Source: an uncultured Bdellovibrionales bacterium
GTDB lineage: Bacteria > Patescibacteriota > Minisyncoccia > Moranbacterales > UBA1568
Direction of reading: 5' to 3'
NCBI GenBank assembly: GCA_964385005.1
Contig: CAYLMF010000005.1
Location: 1-38,511, forward strand
DNA length: 38,511 nucleotides
Part shown: in pieces, positions 16,926 to 26,190 of the stretch
Numbering within the stretch: the stretch's first letter is position 1
How the letters are laid out: every line of letters starts with the position of its first letter
Translations under genes and position numbers: made by a program
The notes under the pieces: model-generated
The model's database searches: none
Told to the model about the DNA's origin: nothing
The model's input: the letters and a program-made list of their open reading frames with translations, nothing else

Positions 16926-17945
16926 TTACTCTTTTGTTAGACTGGTATGAATAGCCATTTCTACTAAACGATTTGAATAGCCCCACTCATTATCGTACCA
17001 AGCAACTACCTTTACAAAATCCCCATCTACTACCACAGTCATAGAAAGATCTACCGTGCTTGAATACGGGTTACCTATAAAATCTGATGAGACAAGCGGT
17101 TCATCAGTAACGGCTAGAACATTCTTGTAGCGAATCGACTGAGAAGCCTCTCTCAAGGCCTGATTAATCTCTTCTTTGGTAGTTTTTTGTTTCAAAAGAA
17201 AAGTGAAATCTGTTAGTGAAACGACAATTGTAGGAACTCGGACAGAAATACCATCGAACTTATCATGCAACTCTGGCAACACCTGGGTTACCGCTATAGC
17301 AGCACCTGTTGTAGTAGGTACAATATTTTGAGCGGCTGCGCGTGCTCGACGAAGATCTCGGTGTGGTCCATCTTGCAAATTCTGATCAGCTGTATACGAA
17401 TGTATAGTTGTCATCAATGCCTTTTCAATCCCAAACTTCTCATGTAACACCTGGGCGATTGGAGCGAGCGAATTGGTAGTACAGGACGCATTGGAAACGA
17501 CAGCTTCTTCTTGATAGGCATCATGATTAACACCAATCAAAAAAGTTGGAACTGAGCCATCATCGCCTTTAGAAGGAGCTGAGAGAATCACCTTCTTTGC
17601 GCCAGCAGTAATATGTTTTGAGGAACCCTCTTTATCGGTAAAGCGCCCGGTGCATTCCAATACCACATCTACTTCTAGCTTTTGCCAAGGAAGTTTCTCT
17701 GGTACCGGCTCTGCAAACATAGGATATTCTACACCTCCTACTTTAATACCAGTAGTTGTAACAGAAACATCTTCTCGAAAATGCCCATAGGCTGTATCGT
17801 ACTTTAACAAGTGCGCCAAAACACTCGGCTCTGTCAGATCATTAATAGCTACCACCTCTATCTCATTTTTTTGTAAAGCAATCTTAAAAGCGGCTCGCCC
17901 GATTCTGCCAAAACCATTAATTGCTACTCGTACTTTTTTTGCCAT
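16926..17945 (-). CDS. gap: type I glyceraldehyde-3-phosphate dehydrogenase
   Basis: VRVAINGFGRIGR NAD motif, SNASCTTNSLAP catalytic Cys, WYDNEWGYSNR. The start is set at ATG 17945 (MAKKVRVAING); the ORF-track extension to 17999 overlaps tpiA. Confidence 0.95.
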   Translation of the reverse strand: MAKKVRVAINGFGRIGRAAFKIALQKNEIEVVAINDLTEPSVLAHLLKYDTAYGHFREDVSVTTTGIKVGGVEYPMFAEPVPEKLPWQKLEVDVVLECTGRFTDKEGSSKHITAGAKKVILSAPSKGDDGSVPTFLIGVNHDAYQEEAVVSNASCTTNSLAPIAQVLHEKFGIEKALMTTIHSYTADQNLQDGPHRDLRRARAAAQNIVPTTTGAAIAVTQVLPELHDKFDGISVRVPTIVVSLTDFTFLLKQKTTKEEINQALREASQSIRYKNVLAVTDEPLVSSDFIGNPYSSTVDLSMTVVVDGDFVKVVAWYDNEWGYSNRLVEMAIHTSLTKE

Positions 17946-17961
17946 AGTATTACTTTCTTTT

Positions 17962-18744
17962 TTATGAAATTGCCAATTGATATTGCTCGTACAATCCAAG
18001 CATCTTAACTATCTCGTATGGAAACAAGCTTTCTCTTCCTACGAGTACCCCATCCATACCAGCCTCCCAAGATACTGCCCCCAAGTATGCACTCTTAACT
18101 GATCCGCCGTAGAGTACTCTCATCCGCTCTGCCGTACTTTCATCGAGTAGTTTTGTGAGAAAGCTTTGAATCAAATTTTTTACTTCTTGAATTTCTTCTG
18201 TCGTAGGAGTTCGATCAGATCCAATCGCCCAGCGTGGCTCATAGGCAATAATAACCTTTTCAGCCTGAAGCTTCGAGAGTCCTGAAAAAATACTCTCTAA
18301 CTGTATTTCTAAAGCACTATGAGTCATACCTCTTCGTCGCTCTTCTTCTGATTCTCCGATACAGACAATGGGCGTCAAAAGATTTTTGAGAGCACTGTGC
18401 GTTTTTGTCCGGACGATATCATCTGTCTCTAGTGCGTAGAGTCTCCTCTCGCTGTGTCCTATCAGCACATATTCCACTCCGTCGTTCTTAAGCATAACGG
18501 GTGAAATCTCTCCCGTATATGATCCGCTCTTTTCCCAAAAAACATTTTGAGCTCCTTTATAGAAACTTTCAGGCAAGTGATTAAACTCATTGAGCCAGAG
18601 GGAGGGTGGACACATAATGACTTCTGATTGTGTAATCTTTTTTCCCTCTGCTTCACGGTGTAGCACCTGAAGATACTGCTTCACTTCATCACGAGAAAGC
18701 AGGTTCATTTTTAAGTTTGCTACTAGAAGAAAAGGTTTTTTCAT
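17962..18744 (-). CDS. tpiA: triose-phosphate isomerase
   Basis: LVANLKMN (catalytic Lys), IGHSERR (His), IAYEPRWAIGS (Glu), YGGSVK. The start is set at ATG 18744 (MKKPFLLVANLKMN); the longer ORF overlaps galT. Confidence 0.9.
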   Translation of the reverse strand: MKKPFLLVANLKMNLLSRDEVKQYLQVLHREAEGKKITQSEVIMCPPSLWLNEFNHLPESFYKGAQNVFWEKSGSYTGEISPVMLKNDGVEYVLIGHSERRLYALETDDIVRTKTHSALKNLLTPIVCIGESEEERRRGMTHSALEIQLESIFSGLSKLQAEKVIIAYEPRWAIGSDRTPTTEEIQEVKNLIQSFLTKLLDESTAERMRVLYGGSVKSAYLGAVSWEAGMDGVLVGRESLFPYEIVKMLGLYEQYQLAIS

Positions 18745-18754
18745 ACGGTAAATA

Positions 18755-19777
18755 TTAGGCAATTTGGGAACGGAGAAATGGTGCAGCGACTTCTGGCTCG
18801 ATTGTAGAGACTTCAATACCGGTCGAAAGCTCAAAACCAGCCCATACAGTAGTACGAGGTATGATTTCTATATGCCAACGGAAGTGCTTATATTCTTGAC
18901 CATCGCAAGGCGCTGTATGAATAAAGAAATTATAAGCTGGATTTTCTAAGCCTTTAAACAGGCTTGCTAAAGCGATCTTTAGAGCCTCGCCACAAGAGAA
19001 CTTTTCTTCATCAGTGATACGCTCAAAATAAGCATTATCACGCTTTGGCATTACCCAAACTTCAAAAGCGCTTCGTGAAGCGTACGGACAAAAAACAACA
19101 AAGTGTTCATTCTCAAACACTACTCGTTTTTTGGTTTTGAGTTCATGCTCTAAGATAACGTCAAACACATTCTGTCGGTGAGCCTGGAAGTAGCGCTTGG
19201 AACCTTCGAGATCAACTACTAACTCCGATGGCACAACTGGGATAGCCATCAACTGAGAATGCGGATGTGCAAGAGATGCCCCAGCCTCTCTACCGTGGTT
19301 ATGAAAAATCTGAATATACGAAACAGATTTCTTATTCATCAAAGCGAGATAGCGCTCCTGATAGGCATCAACAAGTTCTGCTACACGCCAGACCTCCATC
19401 TCGGCAATAGAATGCACTGGGTCACGAGTCACGATTACCTCATGATGACCTACGCCCGTCTTGGCATAGTATGGGCCTTCACCCGTTTCCTTTGGTGTAC
19501 GTCCATGAACAAAAGCTGGAAACTTGTTGGGAAAAACTCGTAAGCTCCAGTCATTATTTTCCTGACGATAAATAAGCACATCTGGCTCCTGTCCACTTTC
19601 TTCTGGATTTTCAAAGGGGTCGCTACCAGATACACCTACTTCACAAGGAGATACAAATTCATCTGGACGCTTAGCACGACCTGTAGCAATCACCACCCAA
19701 TGACCAGTAATAATATCCTGCCTCAGCTCTGACGGATACTTACCCTCTTTAGATTCAATTGTATTTTGCGTGGTCAT
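18755..19777 (-). CDS. galT: galactose-1-phosphate uridylyltransferase family (class I GalT / nucleotide-sugar phosphorylase-like HIT protein)
   Basis: GRAKRP near the N-terminus, FPNKFPAF, GHHEVIV and the active site ASLAHPHSQLMA (HPHxQ). Confidence 0.8.
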   Translation of the reverse strand: MTTQNTIESKEGKYPSELRQDIITGHWVVIATGRAKRPDEFVSPCEVGVSGSDPFENPEESGQEPDVLIYRQENNDWSLRVFPNKFPAFVHGRTPKETGEGPYYAKTGVGHHEVIVTRDPVHSIAEMEVWRVAELVDAYQERYLALMNKKSVSYIQIFHNHGREAGASLAHPHSQLMAIPVVPSELVVDLEGSKRYFQAHRQNVFDVILEHELKTKKRVVFENEHFVVFCPYASRSAFEVWVMPKRDNAYFERITDEEKFSCGEALKIALASLFKGLENPAYNFFIHTAPCDGQEYKHFRWHIEIIPRTTVWAGFELSTGIEVSTIEPEVAAPFLRSQIA

Positions 19778-19809
19778 ATTTTTGTATTGAAGCTTTTTTT
19801 GGTTTTTGT

Positions 19810-20577
19810 CTAAGCTTTTTTAGTTTTTTTATAGGCACCGATACGATACTGGCCCAACCAGAGCCTCAAACGTGTTTTGAAAAGATCGATAATTACCTGG
19901 ATAAAACCATTTTTACCAGTCAGGCTCACTGTAGAACCTTCTTCATTCATCCAACGTACTGGCATCTGCTTGACCTTAAAGCCAAGCTTATGTGCAAGCA
20001 CGATAAGTTCAAAATCAAAGCCAAAACGATCCACTACCATGCGACTAGCTACCTCTCGGGCAGCCTCGGCATTGAGCATCTTAAAGCCACACTGGGTATC
20101 TGGGTAACTCCACAATCCAAGGACAATACGAATAAGCCAGTTACCCATATCTCCCATAATTTCACGGTGTTTTGGCTGATGTACCTGAATAAAAGCACCC
20201 TCTATGTCACGTGAACCAATCACCACATCATTACCAGCTTCAAACTCAGTCAAAAAAGCATCAAGGTGAGTAATAGAAGTAGAGCCATCAGCATCGAGGA
20301 AAAGACGATATTCCCCAGTAGCCTCCAAAAGTCCCTGGCGTACCACGTAGCCCTTACCATGATTCTCTGGGTTTTCAATCACTCGGACATTTGGTACTTG
20401 GAGCGCATAGTTACGGGAAATTTCAGCGGTGTTGTCTGGTGAGCCATCGACAATAATCAGAATCTCATAGGTAAAATTCTTCCCCTTCAAGTGCTTGTCA
20501 ATTTCGAGTAGGTTGCGTCCAATACGCTCTCCTTCTTTATAAGAAGGAATGATAACAGAAAGAAATGGTTGTTCCAT
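19810..20577 (-). CDS. GT2 family polyprenyl/dolichyl-phosphate hexosyltransferase (Dpm1/GtrB-like)
   Basis: LSVIIPSYKEGERI, IVDGSPDNT and LFLDADGST (DxD region). At 255 aa with no long TM domain, it resembles the lipid-phosphate sugar synthases that feed GT-C enzymes. Confidence 0.85.
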   Translation of the reverse strand: MEQPFLSVIIPSYKEGERIGRNLLEIDKHLKGKNFTYEILIIVDGSPDNTAEISRNYALQVPNVRVIENPENHGKGYVVRQGLLEATGEYRLFLDADGSTSITHLDAFLTEFEAGNDVVIGSRDIEGAFIQVHQPKHREIMGDMGNWLIRIVLGLWSYPDTQCGFKMLNAEAAREVASRMVVDRFGFDFELIVLAHKLGFKVKQMPVRWMNEEGSTVSLTGKNGFIQVIIDLFKTRLRLWLGQYRIGAYKKTKKA

Positions 20578-20609
20578 AGCAATAATTAAGTAGTATATAT
20601 CTTTCCTTC

Positions 20610-20640
20610 ATTTTAGCATAAAAAAAGGAAGATTGTCATA
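20610..20640 (-). promoter_or_regulatory. candidate sigma70-type promoter (ATGACA-n18-TGcTAAAAT) for the GT2/galT string
   Basis: Minus strand reads tATGACAatcttcctttttttaTGcTAAAATg, about 32 nt upstream of the ATG at 20577. Confidence 0.3.
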
Positions 20641-20674
20641 CCAATTCTCCCTAAAAACTGCCCGTGTTGTATTG

Positions 20675-21064
20675 TTATTTCTCCAACCAATCAGTGAGCA
20701 TTATTCTCGCCGCCTCGGCATCATCATGGGCCTGGATAGCTTTTTTGGCAGCTTCCAGCCTATTGGCTTGAGCCATCTTACTCGTAAACATCTCGTTTTG
20801 CATCACTACCACCACACCAAGTGTAGCCAGTTTTTCGCGCACCTGCATGAGCTCCTCGGCAAAATCAGCCTCCGGATGCTCAGGATCCCCCAGAATCACC
20901 GTCCCTATTTCCTCTATATGAAGAATTTCCTCTAGAATTGACCAGAGATTTTCATCCACCGGCCAGATACCATACGGCACCGCTATCCGGGTTTCTGCGT
21001 GAGCCAGCGCCACACCCACCTTGGCTCGCCCCCAATCCAGTGCTAAAAAGTTCTTAGTTTCCAT
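20675..21064 (-). CDS. ruvX: Holliday junction resolvase-like / pre-16S rRNA nuclease YqgF
   Basis: 129 aa. LALDWGRAKVGVALA N-terminal RNase H-like motif and ILGDPEH mid-motif. Confidence 0.85.
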   Translation of the reverse strand: METKNFLALDWGRAKVGVALAHAETRIAVPYGIWPVDENLWSILEEILHIEEIGTVILGDPEHPEADFAEELMQVREKLATLGVVVVMQNEMFTSKMAQANRLEAAKKAIQAHDDAEAARIMLTDWLEK

Positions 21065-21142
21065 ATACTATATATTTAGATATGTATTATTTTATACTTC
21101 ATTTTTTCAACCTGTTCCAGAATTGACTACTCTATGACCTAC

Positions 21143-21378
21143 GCGTCAAGAATGTCTGTTCACGGGACCTGTCCGGTCCAGGCTCGCATGCATTCTAGTG
21201 ACGCTCCAGCCACAGACTACTAACAATTCTTGCAAACGGTTTCAAAAATAAAATATAAAATTCTTTTTCTTGAATACCTTTGTGGATGTTTGACCAGACA
21301 TCATACGAAAGAGTCGCTAGAAAATATGCGCACCCAAAGTATTCTTTGTGGAAGCAGCTTTTCTCGACTCTGAGTTCG
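21143..21378. ncRNA. candidate structured RNA of unknown class (two long imperfect hairpins) in a 390-bp gene-free gap
   Basis: Hairpin 1: gcgtca-agaatg (21143-21154) pairs with cattct-ag-tgacgc (21191-21204) and encloses ggacc-tgtcc-ggtcc. Hairpin 2: cgaa/agagtcg/agaaaa (21306-21324) pairs with ttttct/cgactct/ttcg (21359-21378), 17 bp in all. No convincing ORF. Strand not determined. Confidence 0.2.
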
Positions 21379-21455
21379 ATGGCTTTCAAACAGGAGCATG
21401 GTATGAAAGGAAAAGGTATTTTATGATTTTATTCAAAACTCTAAATACTAAGGAT

Positions 21456-22226
21456 TTAGGGGCGGGTCAAAATTTCCACCCCATCTTCTGTAATCAGTAC
21501 CGTATCCTCAAAGTGAGCAGACAATCTATCATCAGCAGAAATAAAGGTCCAATCATCGGAAGCAATTTCTACCTCATAGGTTCCAGCATTTACCATTGGC
21601 TCCAAAGCCAAAGTCATGCCCGGTACAAAAGTAATATCTGGCACTTCTCGCGTTACGTAGTTCGGTATCTGCACATCTTCATGAAGCTCTCGTCCTACGC
21701 TATGCCCTACCAAATCACGCACCACAGAAAATCCGTTCTTTTCAACATGTGACTGTACGGCTCGGGCATAATCACTGACCTTTGCGCCTGGCTTTAAGGT
21801 ATCAATTCCGCGAAGCAAGCTCTCTTCCGTCACCTGCATAATGCGCTTTGCTTCAGCTGAAACCTCTCCGATTGCAATACTCCTTGCCATATCAGAAACC
21901 ATGCCCTGATAGCGCATTCCAATATCAACTTTCAATATATCGCCATCCTTTAAAATACGATCCCTACTTGGGATACCATGGACTACCTCTTCGTTGATTG
22001 AACTACAAATAGAGCCTGGAAATGGCCTACCACTCTCAGCTCCATACCCTTTAAAAATAGGCACTCCCCCTATCTCTCGCATACGCTTCTCTGCCAAAGT
22101 ATCCAACTCCAAAGTAGACACCCCCGCTAGAGCTTGAGCAAGTACCTCATCAAGAATTTGTGCGAGATATCGACATGATTCTCTCAGGGCCGCTATTTCT
22201 TGTTCATTTTTTATAAAAAGATTCAT
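21456..22226 (-). CDS. map: type I methionine aminopeptidase
   Basis: 256 aa. VVHGIP, GDILKVDIG, GHSVGRELHE, TLALEPMV and HFEDTVLIT metal-ligand blocks. Confidence 0.95.
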   Translation of the reverse strand: MNLFIKNEQEIAALRESCRYLAQILDEVLAQALAGVSTLELDTLAEKRMREIGGVPIFKGYGAESGRPFPGSICSSINEEVVHGIPSRDRILKDGDILKVDIGMRYQGMVSDMARSIAIGEVSAEAKRIMQVTEESLLRGIDTLKPGAKVSDYARAVQSHVEKNGFSVVRDLVGHSVGRELHEDVQIPNYVTREVPDITFVPGMTLALEPMVNAGTYEVEIASDDWTFISADDRLSAHFEDTVLITEDGVEILTRP

Positions 22227-22231
22227 TGTGT

Positions 22232-22891
22232 TTACGCTAGTTTCTTCATTAGGATCTCAAAAATTTCGTCAGGCAGCATTCTCGCATCAATACGGAGAAG
22301 CATTCTTTGTTCTTCAAAATACTCTATTACTGGCCGTGTCTCAGCCATAAACACTTCATAACGCTTTGCTACGCCATCTGGAGTATCATCTTGTCTTTGT
22401 CCTATTTCTCCACCGCACTGGTCACAAATCAGACTCATTACTTCCTGTTTGATAAAAGGCTTCTTACACTTCAGGCAAAGAAAACGAATTGATATCCTTT
22501 TGACTGCTTCCTCAAGAGAAAGGTCTAGAAAAATTACTTTGGCAATTTTTCTTTCGTGCAACGCCAAAGCTTGCTCTACCTCATCAACCTGAGAAATTCT
22601 TCGCGGTGCTCCATCTACGAGTACACCCGTATCAGATTTGATACCTTTGAGTACATGCTCCACCACGCAGCCAATAAGACCATCGGAAACAAGCTCCTTC
22701 TTCACATTAATGACTTCGTGAATACGCTTACCAAGTTCTGTCTCTGACTCAGCTAATCTGCGAAGTTCGCTCCCGACATCAACATGAGCTAAGTGTAATT
22801 TCTCTTTTAACTTAGTGGCCTGCGTACTCTTACCGCTCCCTGGCGGTCCCAATAAAACATAGTTTTTGACTGATTCGATAGGTGTATTCAT
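22232..22891 (-). CDS. adk: adenylate kinase (long form with a 4-Cys zinc lid)
   Basis: LLGPPGSGKSTQA P-loop. Lid CLKCKKPF...CDQCGGEIGQRQDD. Confidence 0.95.
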   Translation of the reverse strand: MNTPIESVKNYVLLGPPGSGKSTQATKLKEKLHLAHVDVGSELRRLAESETELGKRIHEVINVKKELVSDGLIGCVVEHVLKGIKSDTGVLVDGAPRRISQVDEVEQALALHERKIAKVIFLDLSLEEAVKRISIRFLCLKCKKPFIKQEVMSLICDQCGGEIGQRQDDTPDGVAKRYEVFMAETRPVIEYFEEQRMLLRIDARMLPDEIFEILMKKLA

Positions 22892-22900
22892 GCAGGCAAC

Positions 22901-24172
22901 CTAGAGATTTTCGTAGCTACGCATAGTCATCTGACTCTGAATTTGTTTGATAGTTTCTAACACTACTGACACAACAATCAAAATACTCACTCCTCCCAAA
23001 GAAAGAGAACTAATACCAGTTAGTCCCTGCACTACAAAAGGCAAGACAGCAATAAGACCTAAGAAAAGAGCTCCTGCTAAGGTGATGCGATTCATAATAT
23101 GATACAAATACTCCGCAGTAGTTTTGCCTGGACGAATACCCGGGATATAACCTCCTTGCTTCTGAAGGTTTTCAGAAATCTTATTTGGATCAAAGACTAC
23201 GGCCGTGTAGAAATAGGTGAAAACTACTACCAAAATGAAGTAAATAAGACCGTAAATCAACTGATTCTGAAGCCATCCAGAAAGAGTTACCGCTGCTTCC
23301 GCCACCTTGGCATTACTGCTATTCACAAGGAAATTGGCAAACATGGTTGGGATAAGGATCAATGAAACTGCAAAGATAATTGGGATTACACCTGCCTGGT
23401 TAACCTTGAGTGGTAAGTGCGTAGAACTTCCTCCGATAGTACTCCCTCCTCGAATACGTTTGGCGTAAGCCACAGGAATAGTACGCTGACCTTCATTAAC
23501 AAGAATTACTCCAGCAATAGTCACTGCTGCAACCAACAAGAATAGTACGTATACAAAGAACTGCGATGGGTCCCATGTCGCAATGAAACGAGAGATCATG
23601 GTTGGAAGGCTTGATACGATACCTGCAAAAATAATCAGAGAAACTCCATTACCAAGACCCTTCTCGGTAATAAGTTCACCAAGCCACATAAGAAAGATCG
23701 TACCTGCTGTAGCAGAAAGAACAATAACAGCCAGTGTGAATGGCGCAATCTCACCCAGAATTCCCTGCGATTTCAGGAGTGAAAGCATACTAAATGACTG
23801 TAGGCCTGCCAAAGGCACTGTCAGCCAACGAGTAATCATATTGAACTTTTGACGCCCCTGCTCACCCTCTTCTTTGTACATACGCTCAAGTGATGGCACA
23901 AGCGTTGTCAAAAGCTGCATAATAATCGAAGCGGTAATATACGGAGCAACACCCAAAAGCACAATAGAAATATTACTCAGTCCGCCACCAGAAAAAACAT
24001 TGAGTAGACCCAAAAAAGCATTTTCTTCAAAGAGTTTCTTCAAAGCCAAAACATCTACTCCTGGAAGAGGAATATTAGCGGCGAGACGATAGATAACCAA
24101 AAGCCCTAAGATAAAAAGAATCTTGTTACGAAGACTCGGTACTCGAAAAATCTGATTCAGTGTTTCCCACAT
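22901..24172 (-). CDS. secY: preprotein translocase subunit SecY
   Basis: 423-aa polytopic ORF. GVAPYITASIIMQLL, LGELITEKGLGNGVSLIIFAGI and IPGIRPGKTTAEYL. Confidence 0.95.
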   Translation of the reverse strand: MWETLNQIFRVPSLRNKILFILGLLVIYRLAANIPLPGVDVLALKKLFEENAFLGLLNVFSGGGLSNISIVLLGVAPYITASIIMQLLTTLVPSLERMYKEEGEQGRQKFNMITRWLTVPLAGLQSFSMLSLLKSQGILGEIAPFTLAVIVLSATAGTIFLMWLGELITEKGLGNGVSLIIFAGIVSSLPTMISRFIATWDPSQFFVYVLFLLVAAVTIAGVILVNEGQRTIPVAYAKRIRGGSTIGGSSTHLPLKVNQAGVIPIIFAVSLILIPTMFANFLVNSSNAKVAEAAVTLSGWLQNQLIYGLIYFILVVVFTYFYTAVVFDPNKISENLQKQGGYIPGIRPGKTTAEYLYHIMNRITLAGALFLGLIAVLPFVVQGLTGISSLSLGGVSILIVVSVVLETIKQIQSQMTMRSYENL

Positions 24173-24261
24173 ACAAGCATGTAAATATAGAGTGGATAAA
24201 GAAAAATACTCTTTTGAGAGTATTTATCTTCTTCTAGTATAGCTCACGAAAAGGGCTTTGA

Positions 24262-24684
24262 CTAGGCTTTAATATCAAGAATTTTGGCCACAGACTCACT
24301 AAAGAGGATTCCGCCTCCAAGGGCTAGTTTCTTCTTGGTGGTTCCAGTAGCAACTACCTTCACCCCAGCTTTTATAGCCTTCTTGGTCACTACCTTTCTT
24401 TCAACGAGAAGGGCTACGGTGACGGTTTCTCCATCATTAAAGGCTTTATCAAGAGCTTTCAATGTGATGGTGTACTTCTTAAGGTTAACAGCCTTCTTGC
24501 CGCGCACCTTCTTGAGGCGTTCAGTAAAGGTTGAGCGTCCACCTTCAAACAATGGGTCCACAGACGCTCCAGAACGAGCTTTTTGTCCCTTGGTACCACG
24601 ACCAGAGGTAGTTCCTCTTTTGCCTCCACGTCCAATACGCTTTGGGCTTTTCTTGGTTGGGAGTGTAAGTTGATGAATTTGCAT
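24262..24684 (-). CDS. rplO: 50S ribosomal protein L15
   Basis: KRIGRGGKRGTTSGRGTKGQKARSG signature; operon position before secY. Confidence 0.95.
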   Translation of the reverse strand: MQIHQLTLPTKKSPKRIGRGGKRGTTSGRGTKGQKARSGASVDPLFEGGRSTFTERLKKVRGKKAVNLKKYTITLKALDKAFNDGETVTVALLVERKVVTKKAIKAGVKVVATGTTKKKLALGGGILFSESVAKILDIKA

Positions 24685-24705
24685 AAAATCTTTTCAGTAT
24701 AATAA

Positions 24706-25245
24706 CTATTTGCTTGCCTCAGGAGTGATTTCTTCGGCAACTACAGGAGCCTGTTCCTTAGGGGCTTTCAAACGAAGAAGAGCCTTTACGGTTACACGAG
24801 CCACGTTGAGCGAGTTAGAAGCTCCAAGAGATTTAGAAACAATATCCTTCACTCCAAGAAGATCTACCACTGCACGCACTGCTCCACCAGCAATAACACC
24901 CTGTCCAGGACGAGCTGGCTTGAGGAGTACCTTAGCACTTCCAAGCTTAGCATCAATTTCATGAGTGATAGTACCATTTACCAAAACGACTGAAATCATA
25001 TTTTTCTTGGCATCGTTAAAAGCCTTTTGGATAGCATCAGAAACGTCAGCTCCCTTAGCAACACCTACTCCTACACGACCCTTACGATCACCAATAACCA
25101 ACGTAGCGCGGAAACGGAAACGACGGCCACCTTTAACCACACGTGTAACACGCGCGAGGTTCAAAAGCTTTTGCTCAAATTCAGGCTTTTCACGGCGAGC
25201 AGGTCTTTTACCTTGTTTTCCTGGTTTTCGTTGCTTATTTTCCAT
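24706..25245 (-). CDS. rpsE: 30S ribosomal protein S5
   Basis: RVTRVVKGGRRFRFRATLVIGDRKGRVGVGVAKG; basic N- and C-terminal extensions. Confidence 0.95.
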   Translation of the reverse strand: MENKQRKPGKQGKRPARREKPEFEQKLLNLARVTRVVKGGRRFRFRATLVIGDRKGRVGVGVAKGADVSDAIQKAFNDAKKNMISVVLVNGTITHEIDAKLGSAKVLLKPARPGQGVIAGGAVRAVVDLLGVKDIVSKSLGASNSLNVARVTVKALLRLKAPKEQAPVVAEEITPEASK

Positions 25246-25280
25246 AATTTTTAGTGAAATCTTCTAATCTAAAGAGTCTA

Positions 25281-25637
25281 TTAAAATTGTAAACCTTGGG
25301 CACGGAGAGCTTCAGCCAGAGCTTTCACCTTTCCATGATACTTGTACCCGGCGCGATCAAAAACAATTGTTTCAATACCCAAACCTTTCAGACGCTCTCC
25401 AAGCAGTGTTCCGACTTTTTCTGCACCTTCTACAGTATTCTTTGGAGCCTTGCCGGTCTCAGAAAGATTTGCCTGAGCCAAAGTCTTCATAGCCACGTCA
25501 TCAATAGCCTGTACAGAGATAGAACGAAGACTGCGATAGACTGCTACACGCGGACAAAGAGCGGTACCAGAAATCTTACCACGAACACGGCGCTTGCGAG
25601 CTATACGATTGAGACTACGGTTTATTCTTTTTAACAT
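25281..25637 (-). CDS. rplR: 50S ribosomal protein L18
   Basis: RKRRVRGKISGT..PRVAVYRSLRSISVQAID...VFDRAGYKYHGKVKALAEALR. Confidence 0.95.
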   Translation of the reverse strand: MLKRINRSLNRIARKRRVRGKISGTALCPRVAVYRSLRSISVQAIDDVAMKTLAQANLSETGKAPKNTVEGAEKVGTLLGERLKGLGIETIVFDRAGYKYHGKVKALAEALRAQGLQF

Positions 25638-25648
25638 ATGGGAATCTT

Positions 25649-26182
25649 TTATGAGGCCTTCTTACCTTCTTTACGTCTTACTACTTCGCCAACATAACGG
25701 AAACCTTTCCCCTTATATGGTTCAACTGGCTTCAACTTACGAGTAACTGCAGCAAACTGCCCTACCTGCTGACGATCGATACCTTTGATAGTCATGACAC
25801 TTCCTTCAATAGTCACTTCAAGACCTTCTGGTACAATGCTTTCTACTGGATGAGAGAAACCAAGAGCAAAAGTAATCTTTTTACCAGCGATATTCATACG
25901 ATATCCAACACCATTGAGCTCAAGTTGCTTCTGAAAGCCTGCTGTGACACCTTCAATCATATTGCTAATCATCTTAGCAGTAGTGCCCCACATAGCTTGA
26001 GCAAGTTTTGTGCTACCCTTCTTCTCTACGGTAATTTCTTTCTCACCAATCACTACCGCTACTTCACGACGGGTAGTAAATGTCAGGGTTCCTTTTGGAC
26101 CTTTTACAGACAGCACATTAGCCTGAAGGGTTACTTCAACGCCGGCTGGGATACTTACAGGTTTTTTTCCAATTCTACTCAT
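25649..26182 (-). CDS. rplF: 50S ribosomal protein L6
   Basis: MSRIGKKPVSIPAGVEV...KGPKG. ATG at 26182 is preferred to the TTG-started ORF-track extension to 26197, which overlaps the rpsH stop. Confidence 0.93.
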   Translation of the reverse strand: MSRIGKKPVSIPAGVEVTLQANVLSVKGPKGTLTFTTRREVAVVIGEKEITVEKKGSTKLAQAMWGTTAKMISNMIEGVTAGFQKQLELNGVGYRMNIAGKKITFALGFSHPVESIVPEGLEVTIEGSVMTIKGIDRQQVGQFAAVTRKLKPVEPYKGKGFRYVGEVVRRKEGKKAS

Positions 26183-26190
26183 AATTTTGT

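Noticed and set aside
21155-21190. Possible SRP (4.5S) RNA: ctgttcacgggacctgtccgg resembles the E. coli 4.5S segment CUGUUUACCAGGUCAGGUCCGG.
   Set aside because: The GGAA tetraloop and the adjacent conserved GGAAGCAGCC 3' strand are missing at the hairpin. A ggaagcagc string does exist, but about 170 nt away at 21350. I also looked for tmRNA and RNase P signatures (T-arm GGTTCGA, CCA end, GGAAAGTCCGG) and found none. It is left as an unclassified candidate only.
21195-21752. ORFs 21195..21389 (-, 64 aa, TTG start) and 21348..21752 (+, 134 aa) in or near the 390-bp gap.
   Set aside because: The + ORF mostly runs antisense through the 3' end of map. The 64-aa ORF has a TTG start, no SD or promoter context and no recognisable domain. 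The region is better explained as non-coding and structured.
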